A stretch of 64,000 nt of DNA from Myxococcota bacterium (GCA_963674735.2 CAXXQS010000001.1:832001-896000); one strand, 5' to 3'. Shown: positions 11,270-20,654, numbered from the stretch's first letter. A program made the numbers and translations. The notes: generated by a model from the letters alone, not told the origin.

Positions 11270-12103
11270 TCATCGTTTTTCACCCGCGGGCGGTCTTTCT
11301 TCCATCGGCGGCGACGCGGGAAGCAAAACGGCGTGGGGCGACGCGAGCGACGCCTCCAGATGCGCGACGCGATAATGGGTTTGCTGCGCCAGTTCGCGGA
11401 TGTCGGATTCCGAAAAAAGATGAATCAAGCCCAGGTAAGGATCGTAAAAAACCGGCTCCCGTTTCATATACGGCCGAAACGGCTCCAGCCGATGGCGCAG
11501 CGCCTTGCGTTCGCGGCCCAGTTCCGGTTGGCTGAGCCAGCTTAGCAGAACCGGACCGCGCGGGCAGAGTTCCCGTAGTTTTTCCAGCAGCTTGCGGTGG
11601 GTGGCGGCGTCGGCGACATGCGCCAGGCTGCCCCAGCCCAGAATGACCGCATCGTAGGGCGCAAAGGCCGAAAGGGAGGCGGGGTTTGCAATCAGACCCG
11701 CGTAATCGCAGATTTCATAGCCGAGCAGCCGCTCGGTCGGAACATGCTGCGGGATGGTCTGCGCCAGTTCCCGCGCGGGATCGAATCCGGCAACCTCGTA
11801 GCCTGCGTTGGCGAGCGCCACCATTTCACGTCCCCCGCCCGCGCCGCCGACCAGCACGCGCCCCGGCGGTTTCGGAAAAAACGCGTGAATGGCGGCCTTT
11901 TCCCAGTCGAACAGCTCCAGATTGTGGGCGTCGGAGGCGAAAATGGGAGTGCGCCGATAGGCGTGCACGGTGATTTCCGGCCAGTCGCATGAGCGGACCA
12001 ACTGCGGGACGCCTTCCAGCCAGGCCGCGCGCAGCCAAAGTTGCGCTTTGGGCAGGCGGTCGAGCACCAGCCGGTCGATCCATGTCATCCACTGTCGGGC
12101 CAC
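11270..12103 (-). CDS. Class I SAM-dependent methyltransferase
   Basis: VLVGGAGGGRE glycine motif, VAGFDP and YDAVILGWGS. Confidence 0.75.
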   Translation of the reverse strand: MARQWMTWIDRLVLDRLPKAQLWLRAAWLEGVPQLVRSCDWPEITVHAYRRTPIFASDAHNLELFDWEKAAIHAFFPKPPGRVLVGGAGGGREMVALANAGYEVAGFDPARELAQTIPQHVPTERLLGYEICDYAGLIANPASLSAFAPYDAVILGWGSLAHVADAATHRKLLEKLRELCPRGPVLLSWLSQPELGRERKALRHRLEPFRPYMKREPVFYDPYLGLIHLFSESDIRELAQQTHYRVAHLEASLASPHAVLLPASPPMEERPPAGEKR

Positions 12104-12250
12104 GTATTATCTCCCTCCAAAATCGCCAAGCCAGATATATTAGCATGAGATGTGGGCGTTGTCATCGTTGTTGTGGGCTTGGTTTTGCTTGCGTTGCCCG
12201 ACCTTTTCGGCTAGAGTGCATGGCCGTTCGGATCGGCGGAAGAAGGTAAA

Positions 12251-13423
12251 ATGTCTGAAAATCAAACGAAATTCTTTGTTTCCTGTCCCATCGGATGCGA
12301 GCCCTACCTGACCGATGAACTCAACGCCCTGGGTTGCGATGTGGTCACACCCGAGCGCAACGGCGTCACATTCGAGGGTGGGCCGGACCAAGCGCGCCAG
12401 GTGTGTATGTGGTCGCGCGTCGCCTCGCGCGTGCTTCAGCCCATCGCCGAAGTGCAGGCCGGGACGGCGGATATTCTGTACAAAGAATGCTACAAGATCG
12501 CCTGGGAAGAGTATCTCAGCGCCACCTCCACCTTCGCCATCCACGGTATCGGCATCTCGCAGCAGATTCGCCACTCGGGTTTTCTGGCGCTCAAGATAAA
12601 AGACGCCGTGGCCGATCACATGCGTCGCACCATCGGACGGCGTCCGGATGTGGATAAAAGCGATCCCGACGTGCGTTTCGTGGCCCGTCTGGACGGCGAC
12701 CGCTGCCTGCTCTTGCTCGACTGGAGCGGGATCAGCCTGCATAAACGCGGCTATCGTCTGCACGCCACCGAAGCGCCGATGAAGGAAAACCTTGCGGCGA
12801 CCTTGCTGATGGCGTTGGGCTATGACGGCGGGCAGCCTTTGTACGACCCCATGTGCGGCTCGGGAACGATCCTGATCGAAGCGGCGGAGATGGCGGCCGG
12901 TCTGGCTCCGGGACGGCGGGCCGCTTTCGGGTTTGAGCGTTGGCCGCGTTGGACGCGTGGCGAGAAGAATGCTTTTCGCGAGTGGAAAGCCGATATCGCG
13001 CAGCGCACATCGAGCAAAGGCGCCGTGATTTTCGGAGCGGACTGCGACTCGGCGGCGGTACGCGTGGCCAAGGAGCACGTTTCCTGGGCCGGGATGGAAA
13101 AGTCTGTGCGGGTCGAAAAACGCGATATCAGTAAGTTCCCGGACGGCTTCGAGGGGATGATCCTCACCAACCCGCCTTATGGGGAACGTTTAAGTCCCAA
13201 TGATAACGAGACGTTGCTTAGCTTGTACAGCCGCATGGGGGACATGTGGCGCGACTTGCCGAGCGCTAAAATCGGGGTTTTCTGCGCGCATAAGGAATTC
13301 AAGAAATCCTTCCATTTGAAGCCGCAAGAACAAGTCCGGCTGTTCAACGGTCCGCTGGCGACCGTTCTGTACATCTACGAAGTTGGACGCCTCTACGAAC
13401 GAAAGCTGAAAAAAGAAAGCTGA
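12251..13423 (+). CDS. rlmL: THUMP-domain rRNA m2G methyltransferase (RlmL-like, single MTase)
   Basis: SLHKRGYR, APMKENLAA, DPMCGSGT and NPPYGERL. Confidence 0.85.
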   Translation: MSENQTKFFVSCPIGCEPYLTDELNALGCDVVTPERNGVTFEGGPDQARQVCMWSRVASRVLQPIAEVQAGTADILYKECYKIAWEEYLSATSTFAIHGIGISQQIRHSGFLALKIKDAVADHMRRTIGRRPDVDKSDPDVRFVARLDGDRCLLLLDWSGISLHKRGYRLHATEAPMKENLAATLLMALGYDGGQPLYDPMCGSGTILIEAAEMAAGLAPGRRAAFGFERWPRWTRGEKNAFREWKADIAQRTSSKGAVIFGADCDSAAVRVAKEHVSWAGMEKSVRVEKRDISKFPDGFEGMILTNPPYGERLSPNDNETLLSLYSRMGDMWRDLPSAKIGVFCAHKEFKKSFHLKPQEQVRLFNGPLATVLYIYEVGRLYERKLKKES

Positions 13424-13504
13424 AACCGGCGGCGTACCTTGCCCGGCGCGTTGGCGGATGCTAGTCTGGGCGTTTATTTCAATGCCTTTAGGAGCGATTC
13501 GCCT

Positions 13505-14650
13505 ATGACGCAATGGAGTTACGACGTCGGTCCGATTCGGCCGCCTTCCGAGGCCATGAGCCTGCTGGTGCGCCTCACGCGCAACTGTCCCTGGAACCGC
13601 TGCCGCTTCTGCGTTACCTACAAGGGATTCGATTTCGCGGTGCGTCCGCTCGACGAAGTTTGCGGGGACATCGACGCCATGGCGCGCATCGCCCGTCTGC
13701 TGTTCGATGTCACGCGCGAGCGAGGCGCGGAAGGGCGTCTGACGCAGGGCGCATTGGAACAGGTGGCCGAGATGGGCGTGCCCATCGAATACGCGCACCA
13801 GGTGGCGCTGTTTCTCAGCCGGGGCGGCCAAAACGTGTTCCTGCAAGACGGCAACAGCCTGGAGGCCCCGACGGAGATCGTCACCGCCGTTCTGCAGCAT
13901 GTATACGAGCGATTTCCGAGTGTGACGCGCGTGACGACCTACGCGCGCTCGATGACGCTGGCCAAACTGGGAGCCGAGAAGCTCGCTGCGGTTCGGCAGG
14001 CCGGTCTGACCCGCGTGCATGTCGGGCTGGAATCGGGCTGCGACGCCGTTCTCAAGCTCATCCGCAAAGGCGTGCTGGCCAAGCACCATATCGCCGGTGG
14101 ACGCGCCGCCATCGAGGCCGGGCTCGAATTGTCGGAGTATGTGATGCCCGGCGTGGGGGGCCGCGAATGGAGCGCCGCACACGCCCGCGATACCGCCGCC
14201 ACGCTCAACGCCATCGACCCGCACTTCATTCGCCTGCGCAGCTTCTATCCGATTCCCGGTTGCGGCCTGGACGAGGATCTGGAGGCCGGAACGTTCAGCC
14301 TGATGGATGAAGATGAAATCGTTCGGGAGATTCGCTCGATCGTGGACGGCTTGGAAGGAATCGGCAGCTATTTCGTCAGCGACCACGACCGCAATTTGTT
14401 GATGGATGTGGAAGGGCGGCTCCCCGACGACAAAGCGGCGATGTTGGCCGTGATCGACCGCTATCTCGGTTTGCCCGACGACGAGCGGCAGTTGTTTCGT
14501 ATCGGGCGACGCTTGGGCTATTTTGTGCATCTGGACGACCTGGAATCCCCGCTGCAACGTCCCCCGGCCAAACAGGCCCAAACGGAACTGGCGCAACGTT
14601 TCGGCGATGCCGACGAAGGCCTGCGGCAGGTGGCGCAGGTGCGCTTGTAG
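13505..14650 (+). CDS. Radical SAM protein (RPPSEA family, function unknown)
   Basis: IRPPSEAMSLL, CPWNRCRFC cluster motif, VGLESG, SDH. Likely start MTQWSY. Confidence 0.85.
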   Translation: MTQWSYDVGPIRPPSEAMSLLVRLTRNCPWNRCRFCVTYKGFDFAVRPLDEVCGDIDAMARIARLLFDVTRERGAEGRLTQGALEQVAEMGVPIEYAHQVALFLSRGGQNVFLQDGNSLEAPTEIVTAVLQHVYERFPSVTRVTTYARSMTLAKLGAEKLAAVRQAGLTRVHVGLESGCDAVLKLIRKGVLAKHHIAGGRAAIEAGLELSEYVMPGVGGREWSAAHARDTAATLNAIDPHFIRLRSFYPIPGCGLDEDLEAGTFSLMDEDEIVREIRSIVDGLEGIGSYFVSDHDRNLLMDVEGRLPDDKAAMLAVIDRYLGLPDDERQLFRIGRRLGYFVHLDDLESPLQRPPAKQAQTELAQRFGDADEGLRQVAQVRL

Positions 14651-15120
14651 GCGCGGCTTTGTGCCGGGATGCATCGCTGAAGCCGCTGGAGCCCACCGGA
14701 GACGCTTCAACACAAGAAATTCACGAAAAACAACCAAAATGTGATTTGTACGGCACCGAAGCGGCAAGTTCAGTTCTCGTTGGACCGCTTAAACGCAAGC
14801 GAGCGAATTTTACGGTCCATCGAACGCGGTTCAATGGGTTTGTAAGTATTATAAATAATTATTAATGCTAAATTATACTTGACATGCCTCGCCCGTGCTC
14901 TGATCATATGTAGGAAGGCTTGAAATCGCTGAGCCATGATGGCGTTTGGGGAGAAATGTGCGGTGGCCGCATCGGTGGCGGTTATGTATGCAATGTTGTT
15001 TTCTAAAAGTCCTTCAAAAAACCGGATTTCGATTGGCTATACGGAATGGGCCGAAGACGTTACAACGAAAAAGCGGATGACGAGGAACCTAGTATCAACA
15101 TCTGGAAAGGAGTGTTTGCC

Positions 15121-15708
15121 ATGTCGAATAAAATTTGTTTTTTTCTGATGGCGATCGCTTTTATCATGTCGGCTTGCAACTCCGATACGCCCGATGTAGG
15201 CAACACGAAAGAACTGCCGAGCTCCAACGGTGAAGCCGACGAAACGGGCGAGATCGGTTCCGGCACCTGCGCCGACATCGCCATCTTCGAGGCGTCATGT
15301 CCGATTGGCTGTCCGCTGGGCTACGCCCGAGACGCGAACAACTGCCGCCTGTGCGAATGCAATGAGAGCGGTCCTTTCCTCAATGACTGCCAGCCCCTGA
15401 CCTGCCCCGAGCGTTGTGAGGACTACATGCTCGATCCGAACGGCTGCTTCACCTGCAATTGCGGGAGGGCGGACGGCGACGGCGAAGGTGCCCCGGAAAA
15501 CCCCTGCGCCGACATCGCCATCTTCGAGGCGTCATGTCCGATTGGCTGTCCGCTGGGCTACGCCCGAGACGCGAACAACTGCCGCCTGTGCGAATGCAAT
15601 GAGAGCGGTCCTTTCCTCAATGACTGCCAGCCTCTGACCTGCCCCGAGCGCTGTGAGGACTACATGCTCGATCCGAACGGCTGCTTCACCTGCAATTGCG
15701 GGAGGTGA
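15121..15708 (+). CDS. Lipoprotein with four antistasin-like Cys modules
   Basis: AAAGGAG RBS and MSAC lipobox. CPIGCPLGYARDANNCRLCEC and CPERCEDYMLDPNGCFTCNC each occur twice. Confidence 0.75.
   Translation: MSNKICFFLMAIAFIMSACNSDTPDVGNTKELPSSNGEADETGEIGSGTCADIAIFEASCPIGCPLGYARDANNCRLCECNESGPFLNDCQPLTCPERCEDYMLDPNGCFTCNCGRADGDGEGAPENPCADIAIFEASCPIGCPLGYARDANNCRLCECNESGPFLNDCQPLTCPERCEDYMLDPNGCFTCNCGR
15266..15705 (+). repeat. 203-bp near-identical intragenic direct repeat (15266-15468 / 15503-15705)
   Basis: Offset 237 bp; two synonymous mismatches seen. Confidence 0.9.
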
Positions 15709-15944
15709 GGAAAACGACGTATCGGGGGAGCCTTCGATAAAATTTCGCTTCCCCAGGTTGGAGCGCGTCTCCGACGGGCTCCGGCTCGATCTGCGGCAGG
15801 GGCCGTGACAACCCCTGATCGATACAAACAGAATGGGTGGCATGGGCTAAGCGATCGCTTGCCCATGTGCAAGCTCTTCGAACACGGGCAAGCTCCATTC
15901 CATTTCGCTTGGCCCGTGGCACGCACCCGTTGGAATGCCGCTCT

Positions 15945-16721
15945 TTAAACGAGGCGGATGGCTTTTCCCTTTGTCGTCTCGGCGGTTTCGTTTTCGACCT
16001 TGAATCGTTCCAGGATCTCTCCGCGAATGCCGATCTTAACCGCTTCCACCGGAAAATCGGTGTTGGCGAGCGTCTGCGCCTTCCGGATGATATGCAGCAA
16101 GCCGTTGCAGCAGGGAACTTCCATAATAGCGACTTGAATTCCGGCGATGGGATTCATCAAAATTTCCGCCAGCTTGGCGATCGATTCCTGGACGTTGTCG
16201 AGCTTGGGGCAGGTCATGACAACCGTATGACCCTTGATCAAGTCCTGATGCAGGGCCGGGAAGGCGGGCGCGACACAGTCGGCCAGCAGCAGCAGGGATT
16301 TGTTGTCGTAGAGCGGACCGACCGTTGGCAGCAGGCGCAGCTGGACTGGCCATTGGGTGAGTTGCGAAACGGGAGCCGCTTGTCCGGACGCGGCGGCGAT
16401 CGGTTGCGGGGCGTCGAACATGCGCTCCATCGAACTCGGGCAGCCGCAGGCCATGGTTTCGCCGCTGGATTCACCGCTTTGCTGCTTCAGATGCGTTTCC
16501 ACCGCGCTTTCGTCGAAAGCAGGCGCTTCGCGTTCGATCAGGGTGAGGGCGTCTTCCGGGCAGGCGCCGATACAGGCACCCAAGCCATCGCAGAAGATCT
16601 CGTTGACCACCTTTGCCTTGCCGTCGATGATGGCCAGGGCTCCTTCGGCGCAGTCCACCACGCAGGCTCCACAGCCGGTGCATTTTTCTTCGTCGATCTG
16701 GATGATTTTTCTAAGCGGCAT
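15945..16721 (-). CDS. 2x[4Fe-4S] ferredoxin-domain protein (FrdX-like, typical of hcp regulons)
   Basis: MPLRKIIQIDEEKCTGCGACVVDC, CDGLGACIGACP, ACGCPSS, QWPVQL, ADC, CPKLD, MEVPCC. Confidence 0.88.
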   Translation of the reverse strand: MPLRKIIQIDEEKCTGCGACVVDCAEGALAIIDGKAKVVNEIFCDGLGACIGACPEDALTLIEREAPAFDESAVETHLKQQSGESSGETMACGCPSSMERMFDAPQPIAAASGQAAPVSQLTQWPVQLRLLPTVGPLYDNKSLLLLADCVAPAFPALHQDLIKGHTVVMTCPKLDNVQESIAKLAEILMNPIAGIQVAIMEVPCCNGLLHIIRKAQTLANTDFPVEAVKIGIRGEILERFKVENETAETTKGKAIRLV

Positions 16722-16741
16722 CGGGGTCTCCTTCTTTCGGC

Positions 16742-16993
16742 TCAACCGGCGTTTTCTTCGGCATCTTTCATTTGTTCGAGGAATTCCCGGTAGCGCGTTT
16801 CTCCCAGGCATTCCTTGGCGGCGCTGCACCAGGCGGCGCAGTTGGGCACCGATTCTTTCTCCACCACCGTTCCGCAGGCGGGACAGCGGCGGCGGAATTC
16901 GTCGGAAAAAATCTCCACCTCCGCTTGACAGCTCGGGCAACGATAATAGGCGGCTTTCAGCTTGCGCATGTCTTGTCCGGGGCAGCTCGGCAT
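16742..16993 (-). CDS. Small Cys-rich zinc-ribbon/Fe-S protein
   Basis: CPGQD, CPSC, EIFSDE, CPAC, CAAWC..AKECLG. AAAGGAG RBS. Confidence 0.75.
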   Translation of the reverse strand: MPSCPGQDMRKLKAAYYRCPSCQAEVEIFSDEFRRRCPACGTVVEKESVPNCAAWCSAAKECLGETRYREFLEQMKDAEENAG

Positions 16994-17050
16994 CACGAAC
17001 TCCTTTCTTCCTCATCCACGATCAGGATACCAAGACCCGTTTCGAGCCGC

Positions 17051-17066
17051 CTTGACTTTGGTCAAG
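17051..17066. promoter_or_regulatory. Crp/Fnr (HcpR-type) binding site
   Basis: Perfect dyad CTTGAC-N4-GTCAAG between the Crp/Fnr gene and the downstream Fe-S genes. Confidence 0.75.
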
Positions 17067-17079
17067 TTAACAGCGTTTT

Positions 17080-17784
17080 TTATTCGGCGGTTTCGCTGAA
17101 GGGATAGGCGCGTCGCCACATCGCATCGGCGTCCACAATGACGATTTCCTTGCCGTTGCGCTTGAGCATGCCTTCCTTTTCCAGGCGGGCGAAACTGCGC
17201 GAGAGGGTTTCGGGGACCGTCCCGATGATGTTGGCGATGGTGGCCTTCGTGAGCTCGGGCGTGAAGACCGCGCCGTCGATGAAGGCGAGGCGGCTTTGCT
17301 GGATCTGTTCGATCAGATAACGCGACAGACGGGCCGCGACGTCATCGAGAACCAAAAGGGACGTGCGGTCGACCAGCGTGCGGATCCATTTGGCTTGTCC
17401 GGCCAGCATGGTGCGCGCCACATCCGGGTTGGCGTCGATCAGGCGATTGAAAGGACCGCGTGGGATGGCGATGAGCAGGGTCGGGCTCAAGGTTTGGGCG
17501 CTGGCGGGGTAGAGGGGCATGGCCAGAACCGCCACTTCGGCAAAGCTTTCACCTTCTCCGACCACATGCAAAATCTGCTCGCGCCCTTCGGCGGAAGGCT
17601 GGAAGACCTTCACCCGGCCCGCCTCGACCAGATAAAACGCTTCGGCATCCTCCCCGGCGGAAAACAGCAACGTTCCGGCCGGATGGCGCATGGCGTTGCA
17701 ACGGGCAGACAGGTCGGACAGCTTGTTTTCCGGGACTCCGTTAAAAAGGGGAAAACGGCGCAAGCGCGCGGATAAAAGTGGCAT
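17080..17784 (-). CDS. Crp/Fnr family transcriptional regulator (HcpR/Dnr-like)
   Basis: cNMP-binding fold (GRVKV..GREQIL..GESFAE..YPASA) and HTH IGTVPETLSR. Confidence 0.9.
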   Translation of the reverse strand: MPLLSARLRRFPLFNGVPENKLSDLSARCNAMRHPAGTLLFSAGEDAEAFYLVEAGRVKVFQPSAEGREQILHVVGEGESFAEVAVLAMPLYPASAQTLSPTLLIAIPRGPFNRLIDANPDVARTMLAGQAKWIRTLVDRTSLLVLDDVAARLSRYLIEQIQQSRLAFIDGAVFTPELTKATIANIIGTVPETLSRSFARLEKEGMLKRNGKEIVIVDADAMWRRAYPFSETAE

Positions 17785-17852
17785 GAACCCATCCTCTACA
17801 AGTGTGGATATGCCGTAGCTTAGCGCATTTGCCGAAAGATGCCAATGTCATC

Positions 17853-18614
17853 TTAAAAGACGAATGGAATCAATGCTTTCCGATCCTTCGGGTAGTCCTC
17901 GAAGGTATCGAGGTACCACTGATGGTTGGAGCGGGCGCGCGGAGCCAGGTTGGCGGCGGTCCAAATGGCGAAGGCCAGTCCGGGCAAGGACCAGGTGGCG
18001 ATGGCCCAACCGATCCACTCCAGAATCTCCCCGAAGTAATTGGGGGCCGACAACCAGCGGTAGAAGCCGCCATGCGGGATCTTGTAGCCGGTTTCGCCGG
18101 GCTTGCGCAGATTGAAAAGGATCTGGTCCGACTGCTGATTGATGGCGAAGCCGGCGAGGAAAAGCAGCGCGCCGCCAATGAAACGCGGGTCGCTGAGCCA
18201 GGAGGCGTCGTAGTCGGGGCCCAGCCCGAAGAGCCAGCCGCCCTGCAGATAGCCGTTGATCAAGTTGAACAGTACGGCTGAGAGGGCGATCATCAGCGGC
18301 ATGGGTTTTTGCCCGCCTTTGCGCCGGAACGGGAAGATCAGCGAACGGTTGACATAATGCAGGTTCCACATGCCGTACAGCACGAAAACCGCGATACCGC
18401 CGCTGCGGTCGCCGAACAGGAAGAACAGGCCCACCACGATCACCGCCGGGATTTCCATGAGCACCCAGCCCAAGGTGGAATTGATTTGCGGGCCCCAGCC
18501 TTTTCGGGTGTGGCGGCCATAGGGAGCCGTGACGAAGAAAAGGAACGGGAACACCAGCGCGGCAACGGCCAGAAAGCCATAGACGACGTCGCGATACATT
18601 TCAGGATCAAACAT
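17853..18614 (-). CDS. Steroid 5-alpha-reductase (3-oxo-5alpha-steroid 4-dehydrogenase) family membrane enzyme
   Basis: APYGRH, GWVLMEIP, HYVNRS, YKIPHGG, PNYFGEILEW, NLAPRA..HQWY and RKALIPF, matching SRD5A/DET2 motifs. Confidence 0.9.
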   Translation of the reverse strand: MFDPEMYRDVVYGFLAVAALVFPFLFFVTAPYGRHTRKGWGPQINSTLGWVLMEIPAVIVVGLFFLFGDRSGGIAVFVLYGMWNLHYVNRSLIFPFRRKGGQKPMPLMIALSAVLFNLINGYLQGGWLFGLGPDYDASWLSDPRFIGGALLFLAGFAINQQSDQILFNLRKPGETGYKIPHGGFYRWLSAPNYFGEILEWIGWAIATWSLPGLAFAIWTAANLAPRARSNHQWYLDTFEDYPKDRKALIPFVF

Positions 18615-19629
18615 GGACGGCCGACTCCTTTGCATTGGCCGGAACGGTCGCTTCCAGTTTGCCTTGCTCGATCCACCAGTCGTGGATGTCGCGAATACTT
18701 TCGCTCAAGGGGCGTGGCTGGTAGTTCAGGTCGCGGGCGGCTTTTTCATGGGATATTTTCGTGTTGGCGCGCAACGCTCGCAGAGATTCGCCCGTAAACA
18801 GGGGTTCCTTGTCGAACAGTTTGGCGAAGGCTTCGGCGAAGGGGGCGCTGGCACGAGCCATCCACTGCGGACAGGTAAACCAGGGCAATTTCTCGCCGCT
18901 GAGTTCGGATACCAGCTCGTAGTATTGCGTGACTGTTGCGTAGTTGCCTGAAATCAGGTAGTTTTCGCCCGTTCGACCCTGATTTTCGGCCGCGAGGGCG
19001 GCTTGGCACACATCCCGGGCGTCCACCCAATCGAAGCCCCCTTCGATCAACGATGGGAGCTTTCCCTGCGCCATGTCGAGAAAGACCTGCCCCATGCGCG
19101 AGGGCTTGTAATCGTGGGGGCCGATGACGCCGGTGGGGTTGAGAATGACGGCATCGAGGCCGCGTTCGACGGCGGCTAAAATCTGCCGTTGGCCCAACGC
19201 TTTCGAACGATCATAGGCGAGTTCGTTCTTTCCAAGCGAGAATTCCCATGTTTCATCAAGGGGTTCGCGGTTCGGGTCTTGGTGATAGGCGTGCACCGAG
19301 CTGAAATGCACCAGGCGTTTGACGCCACAGGCCAGGCAGGCTTCGGCCACGTTGGCCGGTCCCTGGATATTGATTTCTTCGACCAATCCTCCCATGGAAC
19401 CCACGATGGAAATCTGGGCGGCCAGATGAAAAACCGTTTCGGCACCCTTGAAGGCTTCGATGAGGCTGGCGACGTCGCGGACGTCCCCCTGGACAACTTC
19501 GATATCCAGACCTTCGATAGCGCGGGTGTCGTTTTTGATCATCGCGCGGACCGACCGCTTTTGTTTCAGTAAGGCCCGAACGAGGTTTCCCCCGATGTGT
19601 CCGGCGGCTCCCGTTACCACAACTGTCAT
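18607..19629 (-). CDS. NAD-dependent epimerase/3beta-hydroxysteroid dehydrogenase-like extended SDR
   Basis: TGAAGHIG and YDRSK. Stop overlaps the start of the 5alpha-reductase gene. Confidence 0.88.
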   Translation of the reverse strand: MTVVVTGAAGHIGGNLVRALLKQKRSVRAMIKNDTRAIEGLDIEVVQGDVRDVASLIEAFKGAETVFHLAAQISIVGSMGGLVEEINIQGPANVAEACLACGVKRLVHFSSVHAYHQDPNREPLDETWEFSLGKNELAYDRSKALGQRQILAAVERGLDAVILNPTGVIGPHDYKPSRMGQVFLDMAQGKLPSLIEGGFDWVDARDVCQAALAAENQGRTGENYLISGNYATVTQYYELVSELSGEKLPWFTCPQWMARASAPFAEAFAKLFDKEPLFTGESLRALRANTKISHEKAARDLNYQPRPLSESIRDIHDWWIEQGKLEATVPANAKESAVHV

Positions 19630-19692
19630 GTAAGTCCTCAACTTTCCAAGTAAATCCAGCTCAACTGTACGCGGACCGAACAGAAGATAAGC

Positions 19693-19740
19693 AACTAGAC
19701 TGACATGTCATTATATAAACTAGAATGACGTGTCAGTCAA
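19693..19740. promoter_or_regulatory. Tandem palindromic operator (TetR-like) upstream of the SDR/5alpha-reductase operon
   Basis: AACTAGACTGACATGTCA and AACTAGAATGACGTGTCA. GACTGACATGTCATT and AATGACGTGTCAGTC are mutually inverted with 1 mismatch. Confidence 0.6.
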
Positions 19741-19750
19741 TAGGGAATCG

Positions 19751-19780
19751 AAAATAAAAAAGCCCTCCCGAAGGAGGGCA
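19751..19780 (-). terminator. Rho-independent terminator
   Basis: Minus-strand GCCCTCC-TTCG-GGAGGGC stem followed by a T-rich tract. Confidence 0.8.
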
Positions 19781-19969
19781 AATGGGCTTGCGATTCAGAT
19801 TTGTTAGATTGACTTGGACTGGCGTCGGCGGCGCGCCAGAAGCAGAGGAAGCAGGAGGAAGGGAGTTCCGATGAGCGATTCGAGATCGATGGAACGACAT
19901 CCGCAGGTTAAGCGGTCGGGCGAGGAGACCTATACCACTGTGGATATCCAGTACTCCCGCTAGCTCTAT

Positions 19970-20632
19970 CTACTCCCACTCACGCACGCAGCGGATGTAT
20001 AAATCGGGCCAGTCATCCTGACAGTCGATACAGTCATTTGGAGTTGGGAAGGTTGCGACAACTCCGTTACGATAATCTACGTAGTAGTAACAGAGGTATT
20101 TATTCAAATGTAAATAACGGTCGGAAGCGGCGTAGCGATCACACGGACCCTCTAACACGTTCGGCCAATAGCAATGCCCGGCCCCGATTTCCTCGCAACC
20201 TGAGCAGGCGTCGTCGCGGCACTCGAAATAATCGAGACACTCGTCCGTAATGCCACACTCGCCACCCAGCTTCGTCGTCGGGCAACCCACAATCAGGGTA
20301 CGTAACTCGGAGATGGTCGGTAAACGCCAGTCGTCATAGCCCCCGAGAGCGTACGTATCGCAGTAATCTGCATGCATATCAAAATCCGGGTAGACTTCAA
20401 TATCGTTATCATCAGCTTCAGGATTGGCCCAAAGCAAGCCGGTTTCCTCATCCAACCAGGTGTCGGCGGGTGTTTCGATTCCGGCTTCCTCATCAACGTT
20501 GCTTTCGCTTCTTTCGTTCTCGCTCGCGACGTCGCTATCGCCGTCGATGCCGTTACTGTCCTCCTCGGTGCAGGCGATCAGAATAAAGAATAGCGATGCG
20601 AAGCCCAAGATTATGGAAATAGGCGTGTTCAT
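19970..20632 (-). CDS. DUF1566 (Lcl C-terminal) lipoprotein, copy B2
   Basis: LIAC lipobox, DEETGLLW, YDDWRLPTISEL, IRCVREWE. GGAGG RBS. Confidence 0.85.
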   Translation of the reverse strand: MNTPISIILGFASLFFILIACTEEDSNGIDGDSDVASENERSESNVDEEAGIETPADTWLDEETGLLWANPEADDNDIEVYPDFDMHADYCDTYALGGYDDWRLPTISELRTLIVGCPTTKLGGECGITDECLDYFECRDDACSGCEEIGAGHCYWPNVLEGPCDRYAASDRYLHLNKYLCYYYVDYRNGVVATFPTPNDCIDCQDDWPDLYIRCVREWE

Positions 20633-20654
20633 TTCGGCCTCCATTTTCGCCCCG

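Noticed and set aside
13580-13615. Non-canonical Cx4Cx2C radical SAM motif as a novelty
   Set aside because: This spacing is usual in the RPPSEA-type radical SAM family.
13190-14767. Long antisense ORFs (525 aa here; also 12140-13078, 28789-29940, 55238-56374, 57143-58435)
   Set aside because: Shadow ORFs of well-supported genes in GC-rich DNA, with no motifs.
15706-15800. Selenocysteine read-through of TGA after the Cys-rich lipoprotein
   Set aside because: The TGA does not align with a Cys in the duplicate unit, and the downstream frame looks non-coding.
15945-17015. 356-aa extended ferredoxin ORF
   Set aside because: The extension overlaps the 16742-16993 gene in another frame; the RBS and family start fit 16721.
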